DNA of 64,000 nucleotides, taken from assembly GCA_951406725.2 (NCBI GenBank), contig OX597825.1, forward strand, positions 53,196,001-53,260,000. Reading direction: 5' to 3'. Below the pieces are notes generated by a model. That model had not been told where the DNA came from. It made no database searches and saw only the letters and a program-made list of their open reading frames with translations. The translations under genes and the position numbers were made by a program. Every line of letters begins with the position of its first letter. The first letter of the stretch is position 1. The DNA is from Octopus vulgaris (taxonomy: Eukaryota). This document shows positions 14,106-30,228 of this stretch, in pieces.

Positions 14106-14389
14106 TATTAGTTGCTTCATGGCATTATATTCCCGGATGGATATGGTAGAAATATTGAGTCACCCCATAAATGATGTGGTTTGTTTATACTTCTTTTATT
14201 ATTCAAAATTAAAATTAAGATAAACAAAGTTCTTTCTTAATCTAAGATATACTCTGCTTCATTTTCTACAACGATCTTCCATCTATCTTGTGGACATGCA
14301 AGGCTGCTCTTCCAAAATTCACTTGTCTGTGACGAATGATGTTCTGACTCCGTCAACAGAATTCATATTTTTTCCGTCCAAATGATCAA

Positions 14390-14515
14390 ATAGACCCCAG
14401 TATTCAATCGGTACTTATGTATCGATCCCAAAAGTATGCACAGTAAAGTCGACTACAGCAGTATTTCAAAGCATTTTGTCCGACGCAATAACAATTCTGC
14501 CAGTTCACTACCTGA
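14390..14515 (-). mobile_element. SINE family C fragment
   Basis: gaccccagtattcaatcggtacttatgtatcgatccca..aaagtcgac..attctgccagttcactacct. Confidence 0.55.
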
Positions 14516-16136
14516 ATCATCTTAGAAATTTGGTGGGAAAAATTGGTGCGAAATATACTAGATAAAGGCACGTCTTGGAAGAAAGAAATAGAAGATGAAG
14601 GGCAGTGAAGAACGATGCCAAAGGAAACACATGTAAGAAGAAATATGGGTATGTTTTGCCAATGAACATGAGAAAGAAGTCACTATATTGGAAAAAACAA
14701 TTAAAAGTAAAATATATCCACTTCTGGGTTTCAGAGACCATAATTCAAAAAACAGTGTCAGAATGAAATATGTGGCTGGAGTCGAAATTGCGGGAAAATA
14801 AAATTAAATTCAAGAATATAAATAGTAATCTGCCAAATATTGAAAACGCATGGTAAATTTAGGCAGGAATAAATTTTGGCATAAATTCTGCTGTTTTAAG
14901 AAACAAGGAAAATCAAAATTCTATATTCTCATATATAATTGGTTTCTGCTAGATGGTAGATATAGAATTTCTAGAGTGATATCAAGAAGTAGTGAGCGTG
15001 AGAGAGCGAGAGAAAAAGAAAGAGAGACAGTAAGAGAAAGTGAATAAGAGATTGAGACAGAATGGACAGAGAAGGAGGGAGAAAATAGGCAGAGATTGAT
15101 TAGAGAGTGAGTGGGGGAGAATGAGTGAGAGAGGTGTAAGTAGGTAGATATACATACACTTACGCAAAGAAAGCTATTGAAAGAGATAATGTTATATACA
15201 AAGAGAATTACAGTGATTCAAGGAAATGGGAGAAAGAGAAAAAAACGAGTTAGAGAGTGTGAGGGATGCTACATCAGCGTTGAAGGAAAAAAGACGTGGA
15301 TTCTGTCTTTGTGGTACAGCAAATAAAATAATATGAACAAAGACTGTATATAATGTTCCCACAATTGGATTATTGCATTAATGGTTAGAATCTATTTTTG
15401 AAAGATATCCTAAAAATCTCCAAATCAGATTCGAAAGTTAATCACATTGTGTCTGATTTATTATTTACTTTCTTCATTTCCCTGATTTGATTTGCGGCGC
15501 TATCTGTATCTAATTGCTGCCGTGATTATCTTTAGTGATAACTTTTGCCAGCCTCGCCATTCAGTCACTCTTCCTTGCCAACTGAAACATTGCAGGAACA
15601 GTGTTTTTTTTTCTCTTATTCATTTACACTGATTGCACATGGTTTTCCGTTGTATTGTTTCTTTTTCTTTTTTTTCGTTTCAACTAAAATATGGGACATT
15701 AAGAGTAGCACAGAGAAACTGACATAACTAGATATACACTCGCAAATTCATATGTGTTTTTATGTGTGGGTGAGTGTGTGTGTCTATACACACACAAACA
15801 CACACACTCACAAATATGTACATTTATATATATATATATATGTGTATATAGACACCCGCATAGAAGCTGGGTCACAAGCACAAATCTCTATATACACATA
15901 TACACTCACGCACACGCAGTACAGTACACACGCATGCACTCATGAATATATAAATGTACACATATGTGCAACAATTATACACAAATATAAATACACCCAA
16001 GTCACATATATCGTTCACATACCCCCCACACACACACACACAAGCAAACAAAACATAGGCAACTCACCAGACTTTAGATGTAGTTCCAGCATATTTTCAT
16101 TTGGTAATCAATGCATACAATATTGAAAGGATGTTT

Positions 16137-16191
<55 letters not shown>

Positions 16192-16569
16192 TGATATTAT
16201 TATTGTTGTTGTTGTTGTTATTATTATTATTGCTATGTATTGTTTTTATCTTATTTCCCCTTTCCCTTTCTTCTACACATCTTTTTATGTAAACTTTGAC
16301 AGAAATTGTGAACTACACTTGTAATGACCTCCTTATCTGATGCTCCAGTGGCAAACATAACAATGCAATATTATTAATGCTATTCTTATTCTTCCTCCTC
16401 CTCTTCTTCTCTTCTTCTTCTTCTTCTTCTTCATCTTCTTTCTTCTTCATCTTCTTCATCTTCTTCTTCTTCTTCTTCTTTTTCCTTTCTTCTTCTCCTT
16501 CTACTTCCTCCTCCTCTTCTTCTGATTATTATTATTATTATTAGTATTAGTATTATTGTTATTTCTATC

Positions 16570-16995
16570 ATGATATTCCTAGCCGTAGTCCTTTCCTCTC
16601 CTCCCCGGATTTGAATTGTGGGTCTTGTACCGACGGGATATGAAGAAAACCCGGAAATTTCTAACAGTACAAACTTCGCGCAATCAGGAGAATGTGATGG
16701 AAGGACTACAATGAATGAAAAGATTCTACTCCGGGCTGTGCTAGCCGGCATTGAATCCAACGCGGTACGACACAAACACCGCTGGTCGGGGTACATCATA
16801 CATATACCTAAAACGTGCCTCCTCCAACAACTTCTCTTTGCAGGGTTGGCCTGATAGACCAGAAAATGCAGAGTCCCCGTAATCCGTTTCTGAGACCAGC
16901 TCAAGGCCACTCACCTCCGTTGCTCCATTGGCCCGAATATCTGGGACACAATCATCAAAGAGTGCCTACAGTAGCGGCATGTCATCTTCAAGGGA
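16570..16995 (+). mobile_element. Degenerate RTE-clade LINE C-terminal fragment
   Basis: ILLRAVLAGIESNAVRHKHRWSGYIIHIPKTCLLQQLLFAGL...RF*DQLK resembles RTE/BovB QLRWAGHV.RM...RLPKQLLYGEL...RYKDQLK. Confidence 0.7.
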
Positions 16996-17009
16996 ACAAG
17001 CTTGACGTT

Positions 17010-17650
17010 AAATATCAACTGTTTTGCCTGAACTGTCTTTTCTGTTATCACATCTTACCACTTTTGCTTTGGTTGCTACTACTCTTTGTTTCAATTCTTC
17101 CGATATCACATTATAACCTTCACCTCTTTCTCTATATGTTCTTTCCAGCATTATTCTTATGCTTTCGTTCTCCAATTCTTCTTTTTAATCTATCAACTTA
17201 TCCTAAATGTCTTTTTAACTTTGTTTCTTACAAATTCATCTACGCCGATATAGTTCTAAACGGTTTGTTTATTCATTTTTTTTATATCGAAGTCTAGTTG
17301 CAGCAATCATAGGTGCAGCCCAGATAATCTTGTCGATCAATGTACCTCAGGTTGGGGTGGTGGGCATGATCCTGGTCTTTTCTAATATATCGTCACAGTG
17401 TCCTCACAATGTCTTGTTCAGCATCATCGTATTCTTGTCTTATAGCTCTTCCTATTACTTCTGCTTCATTTGCTGAGAATGTATTTACAGTAACACTTTG
17501 CTCTACGTCTTCACTGCTACCTTTAATTTTTCTGTTCTCACTGGGCACGTTATCTGTTGGTGAAGTATTATTTCTACTTTCTATTTACCTCTTTATCTCT
17601 TCTATTTCCAGGTCTGTTAACTGCCCTTTTGCTCTTATTGTTCTTGCCTT
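17010..17650 (-). mobile_element. Possible old R4/Dong-type N-terminal region fragment
   Basis: Broken minus-strand frames contain DKIIWAAPMIAATRL, ELKQRVVATKAKV and KRQFRQN, resembling the pre-RT region of R4/Dong ORFs. Confidence 0.4.
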
Positions 17651-18246
17651 GTCGCTAACGGTTACTCACTTGTTTCTAAGTGTTCTATTACATTCTATTT
17701 TGCTTTCTTTTCTCTCTCACTTGACCGCTGGTAGAGGAGAATTTTTCTAGAATTTTTTGCTACCCTTAAATTTATTGATTAATGATATATATATATATAT
17801 ATATAAATCACAGATATAAAATTCCATAGACATCTTAATGATTTAGCAAACTTAGAAAATAATAGAAAAGGATTACACATTTTGCGGGCCAGCTATTTAA
17901 TGGTCGTGTTGTGTGAATGATTTCAACAGCATTGAGAACCCATTGGTAAAGGAGGGGGCAAGAAAGAGGGGAAGGGAGACGAAGAGGAAGCAGGCAGGTA
18001 AGCTTGCCAAAATTCCAGTGTGGGAGCGAGCTTATGCATAGAACTCTAGATATTTTAGGAGGACCTACATAGCTAAGATATAGGATTTTATAAAATCTTT
18101 GAGAGGAGTGTCGATAATTTGGAACTAGCATAGCTATGAGAAATTTATAAACAACATCACACAGTTTTAAAAAGCTATATTAAACTATCTATAAAAACCC
18201 CATCGTATTTACGATGAATAAATTTATCTTGTTGTTATTGTTGTTG

Positions 18247-18317
<71 letters not shown>

Positions 18318-18323
<6 letters not shown>

Positions 18324-18520
18324 TCCGACTTAGCGAAGACGGAAGTATTATTTTCAATCGTGTTTGCTTATTTGTTTGGCTATGGACAAGGTATTTTTAA
18401 AATTCCTGGGTGGATACGGATGAAACTTTCAATGATATTTAGCCTCGTGGTTGGCACAAAATGATTAGATTTTGGAATCGATCCGGTACAGGACAAATAT
18501 TCTGGAATATTTGTTATATT
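18318..18520 (+). mobile_element. Helentron/DINE-1-like non-autonomous element, 5' part
   Basis: Starts tattacctccgacttagcgaagacggaagta (terminal hairpin), then a GTTT-type microsatellite and ggatgaaacttt..gattagattttgg..gatccgg; this is DINE/HINE architecture. The 3' end is not identified. Confidence 0.55.
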
Positions 18521-19067
18521 TATTTTACTTTACATGAAGTATTACGATCTTACGTTCCCATTGAAGTCTCTCTCTGATTATCTCCCTTGCATGCACGCTC
18601 GTTGTTTCCATGAAATTTATGGTGGATTTATTGTTTCCAGCGTTTTATTTTCGTTTCTCTATTCTTAATATTACTCGCGTCTCCGTCTTAGTAGAAACTG
18701 ATGGATAAAGAAATCTAACTACATGAACAAACGGCAGCAAAACCGTTCAGGAATTAAATAACAAAAACATATTCAGTAACAATAATATATTTAATTTGTT
18801 CTCGACAATTTTTAGTTTTACCAATTTTGAATATATTGTTCCTGTTTAAAACCGCTTAACTACTTGATAATTGCATTTCTAGCTCTGCCTTGAAGGAAGC
18901 TTTATTTCTTGGACTTGTGTTTTTGTGCACAACGATGTTGTTAAAACTCCGTTAACAGCCCTGTATGCAGGTCCTTTCCGTTTTCTTTCACACATGGATA
19001 AATTTTTCACTAGAGACCTTAATCGTCGTAAAGACACTATATCAATTGATAGACTAAAAAAGGCATT

Positions 19068-19245
19068 CATTCTCAACACACTGCTATGATGCTCCCACAC
19101 TACTTCTAACTATGATCAGAGATGCACATATCGTCAGCCACTAAGAGACATGCTCAACAGTTTAAGGTCAAACAAGTGACATGCAAATCTGTACTATTGA
19201 GCAGAAAATTTGCTGTAGCCCATCTTATATACGAAGACATAACAA
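19068..19245 (-). mobile_element. Fragment of the (AAT)n-tailed non-coding retroposon
   Basis: Matches 24555-24712 and the reverse complement of 61045-61220 (cgtcagccactaag, aaggtcaaacaa, attgagcagaa, gtagcccatct). Confidence 0.8.
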
Positions 19246-19273
19246 TTATTAATATTATTATTATTATTATTAT

Positions 19274-19304
<31 letters not shown>

Positions 19305-19329
19305 ATTATCATTATTATTATTATTATTA

Positions 19330-19424
<95 letters not shown>

Positions 19425-19427
<3 letters not shown>

Positions 19428-20185
19428 TAGTTTTATTTTTTTTGGCGTGCTTTCACTTCACTTTCACTTCAAGCGCACACTCTGTGTGCCTTGGGTATGT
19501 GCTGTGATTTGTTGTGATGCTCTGATGGTTATTGTATGGAAAGTGTTCTGCGTAGGATGTGTGCAGTGCCTAGTAGTGCAATTTTCTGTATGTTATATGT
19601 GTTTGTAAGTCCTGGTGTTTTTGTTATGTATTTGTCTGAATATTTTTTTATCATGCCTAATGCACCTACTATGATAGGAATTGTTTCTGTTTTCAGGTTC
19701 CACAGTCTAGTTACCTCTATTTCCAGGTCTTTGTATTTTGAGAGTTTCTCCATTTCTTTTAGAGACACGTTGTCATCTGCCGGTATTGATACATCAATTA
19801 GAAAGCATTTTTTTTCTTCATGATCTCTGACAACTATATCTGGTCTGTTGGCCTTAATTTCTCTATCTGTGTGTATCGGCATATCCCAGAGTATGGTTGC
19901 TTTCTCGTTTTCTGTGACCTTTTCTGGTGTGTGCCTATACCATCTTTTTTCTGTTGTTATTCCATAATGTTGGCACAGCTTCCAATGTATGTAGGTTCCA
20001 ACTCTGTCATGTCTGTGAATATATTCCTTCTTAGCCAGGACTGGACAGCTAGAGATAATATGATTTATTGTTTCTTGTCCATCTCCACATATTCTGCAGT
20101 TACTTGTAATATTTCTTTTCATTACAAGTTTTTGGTAATTTCTGGTGGGGAGGCTTTGGTCTTGTGCTGCAATTAAAAATCCCTC

Positions 20186-20189
<4 letters not shown>
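19425..20189 (-). mobile_element. R4/Dong-clade non-LTR retrotransposon, 5'-truncated copy 1 (CCHC knuckle + RLE endonuclease + 3' UTR)
   Basis: CRICGDGQETINHIISSC zinc knuckle, RHD, RPDIVV..FLIDVS..EKLSKYKDL PD-(D/E)XK endonuclease; flanked on both sides by (TTA)n. Confidence 0.92.
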
Positions 20190-23864
<3,675 letters not shown>

Positions 23865-23898
23865 GCTGTTTTTGTTGTTGTTGTTGTTATTATTATTA

Positions 23899-24288
23899 CT
23901 CTTTTACTTGTTTCAGTCATTTGACTGCGGCCATGCTGGAGCACCGCCTTTAGTCGAGCAAATCGACCCCGGGACTTATTCTTTTGTAAGCCCAGTACTT
24001 ATTCTATCGGTCTTTTTTTGCCGAACCGCTAAGTGACGTGGACGTAAACACACCAGCATTGGTTGTCAAGCAATGCTGGGGAACAAACACAGACACACAA
24101 ACACACACACACATATATATATATACGACAGGCTTCTTTCAGTTTCCGTCTACCAAATCCACTCACAAGGCATTGGTCGGCCCGGGGCTATAGCAGAAGA
24201 CACTTGCTCAAGATGCCACGCAGTGGGACTGAACCCGGAACCATGTGGTTGGTTAGCAAGCTACTTACCACGCAGCCACTCCTGCGCC

Positions 24289-24289
<1 letters not shown>
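23899..24289 (-). mobile_element. tRNA-derived SINE family A, full length
   Basis: A box TGGCTGCGTGG and B box GGTTCAGTCCC on the minus strand, central (CA)(TA) tract, 3' tail gactgaaacaagtaaaagag. Confidence 0.92.
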
Positions 24290-24328
<39 letters not shown>

Positions 24329-24775
24329 GAGTGACATTGGGGTAATATACAAACCCCAGTATACTCATTATGGCTACCTATCCGATAATGATACACCAGG
24401 CACATGCATCACAACCATATGCACATGATATGGTGATCTCATATCAGGATAAACAGTGCATGACCATGCAGAAGGGGCCCAATTAGAATTTATTTGAGGG
24501 CGAGTAGCCCATCCCGCACGTAGAGGGAATTATCCAAACCATAAAGAATTCCTTTCAACACATGGCTATGATACTCCCCCACTACTTCTGCTTGTGATCA
24601 TAGATGCATGCATCGTCAGCCACTAAGGGACTTTCTCAAATGGTTAAGGTCAAACAACTAACAAGCAAATCTGTGTTATTGAGCAGAATATTTTCCGTAG
24701 CCCATCTTTTATAACGCTTCCAATCAGTTAAGATGAGAAACCATGAGAGCCACTGCTTGGTACTGTATCAGGGCA
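24329..24775 (-). mobile_element. (AAT)n-tailed non-coding retroposon (SINE-like), with internal deletions
   Basis: Homologous to 60627-60934 and 61010-61512; the 3' end ..tcactc abuts (aat)n; this copy extends furthest 5' (tgccctgatacagtacc). Confidence 0.85.
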
Positions 24776-24932
24776 GTTGCTGCTGCTGCTGCTACTACTA
24801 CTACCACTACCACCACTACCACCACTACCACCACCACTATTACTACTACTACTGTTACTGCTGATGCCACTGCTGCTGCTACTACTACAATTAGTGGTAG
24901 TGGCAGCAGCAGTAGTAGCAGCAGCAGTAGTG

Positions 24933-24987
<55 letters not shown>

Positions 24988-26483
24988 TAGTTACGTTACT
25001 ATTGTATAACCGCCATCATTAACACCGTTATATGGTTGTTCTCTTTCGCTTGCTGTTTATATTTTGATAAATGACTTGTACTATTCATTACCAACAATGT
25101 AAAAATATTGTAATATTGATAAGTTACTGTAATTTGGTGAATAAAATTCATGAATCATAATACATTTATCTTACTTGCATAAGGAAATTCGATGTTCAAA
25201 CAGATTTGGCTACAGTTCACAGACGGTAATGAATTCAACTACTTCTTTTTCAATTGCGGGTCCGTAGAATGAATATATTGGTTGCTGAACATATTCCTTC
25301 ATTCATTTTGACTTGTCAACCAAACATATAAGACTGAAAGAGAAAAATTGGCTTCATGAATAATGATATTTTAATGTCATATTCGTAAACGCCAATGTAG
25401 AAATCAAGTTTCTCATCTTCAACCTACAAACCTAAGCTTCACAGGCAGGAATTTGGGTCCCAGTTTCTTACATTTCTCCACTGAAGCTTACCTAAACCAA
25501 TATACCGGTCTTCTCTATTGCTCATATGCATATACATACATATACACACACACAAGCACACATATACGCACACACACACACGCATACACACATACACACA
25601 CACATGTATATATATTGTATAAGTTCTTGGTGTTTACATGCATATACATGTGTACTTTTGTATGAGTTTATAACACTGTTCAGTAGGTCTGATACTGTAA
25701 GTTAATGTTATGATAATTGTTATAGTAAAGATTATAGTATCTAACTTGGTTACAGCGAATATATTTATAATACGGCCTATCGCACTTAAATCTTTCATTT
25801 CTGTTATGTTATAATTATGCTGCCGATTGACTTACGTCGATCCCGTACTTTCATTCTATGACTGCCTGCACCTTTCAGAATCTACTTTCATTCTTTAACC
25901 ATTAAACCCAACGACATTGCCCTCACATTAATTCAGAACTATCCTTAAGTTATTTAAATTTATTTTTTTTAAACAGTTAAATTTCGTCACTTTATTTATC
26001 TCACTTTACATTTAAATTCCCATTCTTATTATTTGCTTTAATCATATTTTCTCTTATTATTCTTTTCTTTGTTCCTGCTCAATTTGATATTTTATTAATT
26101 TCATTATTTTCTTAAGAATAGCTTAAAATATTTGCCTTCTAATCTGTGTTTTCATTGCTACACAAAACCCCACCACTCTTTATATTTACACAAGGGTTCT
26201 CCCCTTTCTCTAACGCAATTTCTACCCGTTTATGTTTTAAGTTTAAATTAATTTTTTTCTTTCTTGTTAACGCCTTTCATATTTCATCAATATTCTAATA
26301 TTTAGAATATTTCTATTCTAACTTTGCCTTCATAATTATTCAGTGTCCTCGAGACAGTATTCAACCACTCCTTTATCTTAAACGATAAAACTGTCACTTT
26401 CCTTTCTAGACCACCCCATTCTATTTGCATTTTTATCGGATCTTCATGCACACACACACACACTGACTCACACACATTAACAA

Positions 26484-26557
<74 letters not shown>

Positions 26558-26701
26558 CATATATATGTATATATATGTGCTTGTGTGTGTGTGTTTATTT
26601 ATGTATGCATAAATTTGTACATATATAGCATATTTATATCCCTGCACACATGCGTTTACATATATTTATACACACACACATATATGTATACATACATATA
26701 C

Positions 26702-26767
<66 letters not shown>

Positions 26768-26879
26768 GTATATATATATATACATATATATAACATAAAT
26801 AATATTTAAATGCATCAGCATGGCCGCAGCTCTGAAATGAAACTAAGAAAAAAAAAATATACATTATATCCCTGCATAT

Positions 26880-27470
26880 ATGTACATACCTACATATATA
26901 TGTATATATACATGCATATATGGGTACAGGACATGAAAAAAACTTTGAATACAATGAGAAACGATATCATAAAAACAAAATCATAGAAACGAACATATTT
27001 TTCAAACAACGAAAAAGCAGAGTACAGGACATGCAACACAAGGAATATTCCCCTCATCGCTTGTTTTTACTGTGTTATTCTCATTGTTCTGTCTTTTACT
27101 GTTTTTACTTTTTTATTGTTTTTACTGTCTCGTCTTGTTCTTACTGTCCTGTTCTTGTTACCACTTTTACCCCTCCGCAAATACTCCCAAATTTTATTTA
27201 ATTTACTTTGCAGGAAGGACTGTTTCAATGAAGTCGCGTCTTGTCCTTACTTTCGAAACGTGGAGTTGATGAAACTGGGACAACTGAAGAAGGGGAATAT
27301 TCCTTGTGTTGTGTATCTTGTACTCTGTTCTTTCGTTGTTTGAAAATAACGTTCGTTTCTATGTATTTGTTTTTATGTTTTCTTTTCTCAATGTGTTATC
27401 AATGTGTTCAGTGTGTCCTGTACTCATATATGCATGTATATATACATATATATTTAGGTATGTACATATA
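26880..27470. mobile_element. Short repeat element present as an inverted duplication (arms ~26880-27057 and ~27284-27470)
   Basis: tatgtacataccta.atatatatgtatatatacatgcatatatg.gtacaggac and ttttcaaacaacgaaa..cagagtaca..caacacaaggaatattcccc occur in opposite orientations. Confidence 0.8.
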
Positions 27471-27576
27471 TGTATGTATATATGCATATATTTATATATT
27501 ATTTAGATTATATGTTCGAACGCATCCTTTTCCAAGTAAGTTTTATCTACATATATAAATATACATACACACACAA

Positions 27577-27656
<80 letters not shown>

Positions 27657-27737
27657 GTATATCTATATACAGACAGACACATACACATATGTATATATAT
27701 ATATATATATATATGCGTACATACATACGTGCACACA

Positions 27738-27836
<99 letters not shown>

Positions 27837-28485
27837 GTACACGCTTATACCATCTCTCTCACTTCAGATGTCGATTCCTTTCCAGGATTAAACTTTGATA
27901 ACTACTCTTTAATTTATGCATACAGGCTTAATTCATATATACATATCTACAAACATACATACATACCTACCTACCTACATGCATACATAGATACATACAT
28001 ACATACATACATACATACATACATACATACATACATACATACATACATACATACAGGCATGCATACATTGTTTATGATTATACTATCCAATTCGACCTTT
28101 TCTTTCAAAAACTTTAAAGTTCATTTACATTTCAATTTGCTCGCTATTTCTAGCCATTCAGTAGTCCAAGCATAAGCTCGCACCAGATTGTATGTCAGGC
28201 CACATCTGATTGCTTGAAAGACTAGATGAAAATCTGTCGTGGGACACAGTTCACTTAAAAGCTAATTCCTACTCATTTGTAAGAGATTTCTAGCGTTGCT
28301 CAACTCAATAAATGTAAATGTAATTAACTGAACGAAAATGGAACCACGCGTTACGCTAAACTCTGTTGACACTATCCAACCGACGGATGTTTCAGCGTTC
28401 TAATCTGATCAATTTTCCAACACCTTATGATATATATGTGTGTGCGTATGTGTGTGCGTATGTGTGTGTGAATATGTGTGTGTAC

Positions 28486-28524
<39 letters not shown>

Positions 28525-28532
28525 CACACACA

Positions 28533-28700
28533 CGAGGGTTTGTTTAAGAGTTACTGGCTTTGGGTAAAAGAAAATACAAGAGGATCAATTAGTTATGATT
28601 ATATTAAACATATTCCTCTCTCATATTCACAGAATTACTGCCGTTGCCTTTCAGTTTTTCGAAGTTCTGTAAAAGAACTCAGGAATTTAGGCCTCCAATA
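28533..28700 (-). mobile_element. Mariner-type terminal fragment
   Basis: cgagggtttgtttaagagttactggctt resembles a mariner TIR (CGAGGG..AAAAGT), followed by sequence resembling a transposase C-terminus in reverse; only one end is seen. Confidence 0.4.
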
Positions 28701-28873
28701 ATCTAAAAGCTTAAATATATATATCACGATGTCTCGTTTTCAGAGTCAAACATGTTTCTGACTGCATCATTGGCTTCTGTGGTGCCAGTGGATGCTAAAA
28801 TATGGTATAGAAAGTGACAGGGCTCCAAAACAGTTTTTTGCTCCAGAGAAAATTTTGACCCCGCAAACGGGAC

Positions 28874-28954
<81 letters not shown>

Positions 28955-28960
<6 letters not shown>

Positions 28961-29615
28961 CAATAATATTAAGGAATGGCCTTAATAGTCCATTCAACTC
29001 ACTAAAACGAGCAGCTATACTCAAACCGCTAAATAGTAGTAATTCAGAAATCAAAGGAAAATTAAAAACATTTACCCTAATCAGCTTTAGACAATGCATT
29101 GTTTCGACGTACTGGTGGCGAAAAAAAATTCTATTGGATTTTTTGCTACCCTTATATTGATTAATTAATGATTTTTGGCTAATTCTGAAATTAAATCAGC
29201 AGTTTATATTTTATGCTGATAAGTTGGCGCGGTGACAATAGATTTTGAAAATTTTGAGTATTTATTCCCGAGGCATCGATGCTGTTGCCTCGTGGAATAT
29301 TTATTCCTCCTGGCTTCTTTGCCGATGAGACGGGCCAGTGGTAAATTGACTTGATTAAATTTAATTTAATATAATTAGGCTGGTTTACCAAAAAGTACGT
29401 CGAAAGAATGCATTGTCCAAAGATGATTAGAGTAAATGTTTTTAATTTTCCTTTGAGTATAGCTGCTCGTTTTAGTGAGTTGAATGGCCTATGAAGGCCA
29501 TTCCTTAATATTATTGTTGAATGTATATTATATAGTCTTTTGACTATTTTTTCTTTCTCACTAGACCGCTGGTGGCGAAAAGATTTCTATTAAATTTTTT
29601 GCTACCCTTATATTG

Positions 29616-29620
<5 letters not shown>
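28955..29620 (+). mobile_element. (TA)n-embedded element with inverted terminal duplication (28955-29112 vs 29394-29522) and a hammerhead motif; Penelope pseudo-LTR-like
   Basis: attcaacaataatattaaggaatggcc..aacgagcagctatactcaaa is mirrored; the block ctggt.g.g..aa..ttttttgctaccctta recurs at ~29112, ~29570 and ~17727. Confidence 0.75.
29316..29423 (+). ncRNA. Type I hammerhead ribozyme motif with extended stem II
   Basis: Stem I tctttg/caaaga; core CCGATGA; stem II GACG..CGTC; GAAA; palindromic stem III (c/g)aatgcattg; GUC cleavage triplet at 29415-29417. Confidence 0.7.
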
Positions 29621-29651
<31 letters not shown>

Positions 29652-29652
<1 letters not shown>

Positions 29653-29860
29653 TTTCGCCATGATAGATCGCTAGCCACTACACATGCTTTATATTTTCTC
29701 TTTATTTTCTCTCCTTGTTTCTTTCAGTGTTAGTTTCTGTGGAAGAGCGTAGACTCAAAACCTTAAAGACTTTTGCACTTCCGAGCATTAAACTAATACA
29801 CCTGTTTGGTGTCTACACCACCTGTCTTCATCTTTTGTTTCTTTTGTGAATTTCCCTATA
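29652..29860 (+). mobile_element. ~200-bp (TA)n-flanked element with a degenerate minimal hammerhead-like motif; same family as 58644-58845
   Basis: cgccatgatagatcg.tagc.actacaca ... ctgt.gaagagcgtag.ctc.aaa ... ctaataca.ctgtttg ... tacaccacctg is shared with the reverse complement of 58644-58845. Confidence 0.75.
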
Positions 29861-29881
29861 TATATATATATAAATATATGT

Positions 29882-30181
29882 GGAGGCGCAATGGCCCAGT
29901 GGTTAAGACAGCGGACTCGCAGTTGTAGGATCGCGGTTTCGATTCCCAGAACGGGCGTTGTGAGTGTTTATTGAGCGAAAACAACTAAAGCTCCATGAGG
30001 CTCTGGCAGGAGGTGGTGGCGAACTATGCTGTACTCTTTCGCCACAACTTTCTCTCACTCTTTCTACTGTTGGCCTGCTCGCTTATCCAGCGGGGTGGCG
30101 TCATTTGAAGGCTAAAACAATGCGAAGCGCATTGTGACCAGTGATGTGTAGCAACATCTGATAGCCTGGTCGGTCACGGTG

Positions 30182-30182
<1 letters not shown>
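29882..30182 (+). mobile_element. tRNA-derived SINE family B1 (resembles octopus OR-type SINEs)
   Basis: A box TGGCCCAGTGG, B box GGTTTCGATTCCC; 3' tail tgtgaccagtgatgt..acatctgatagcctggtcggtcac forms a stem-loop. Confidence 0.85.

Positions 30183-30224
<42 letters not shown>

Positions 30225-30228
<4 letters not shown>

Noticed and set aside
29882-29955. tRNA-like sequence with A and B boxes
   Set aside because: No complete cloverleaf, and it continues into a repeat body; it is a SINE head rather than a tRNA gene. The same applies to family A heads.
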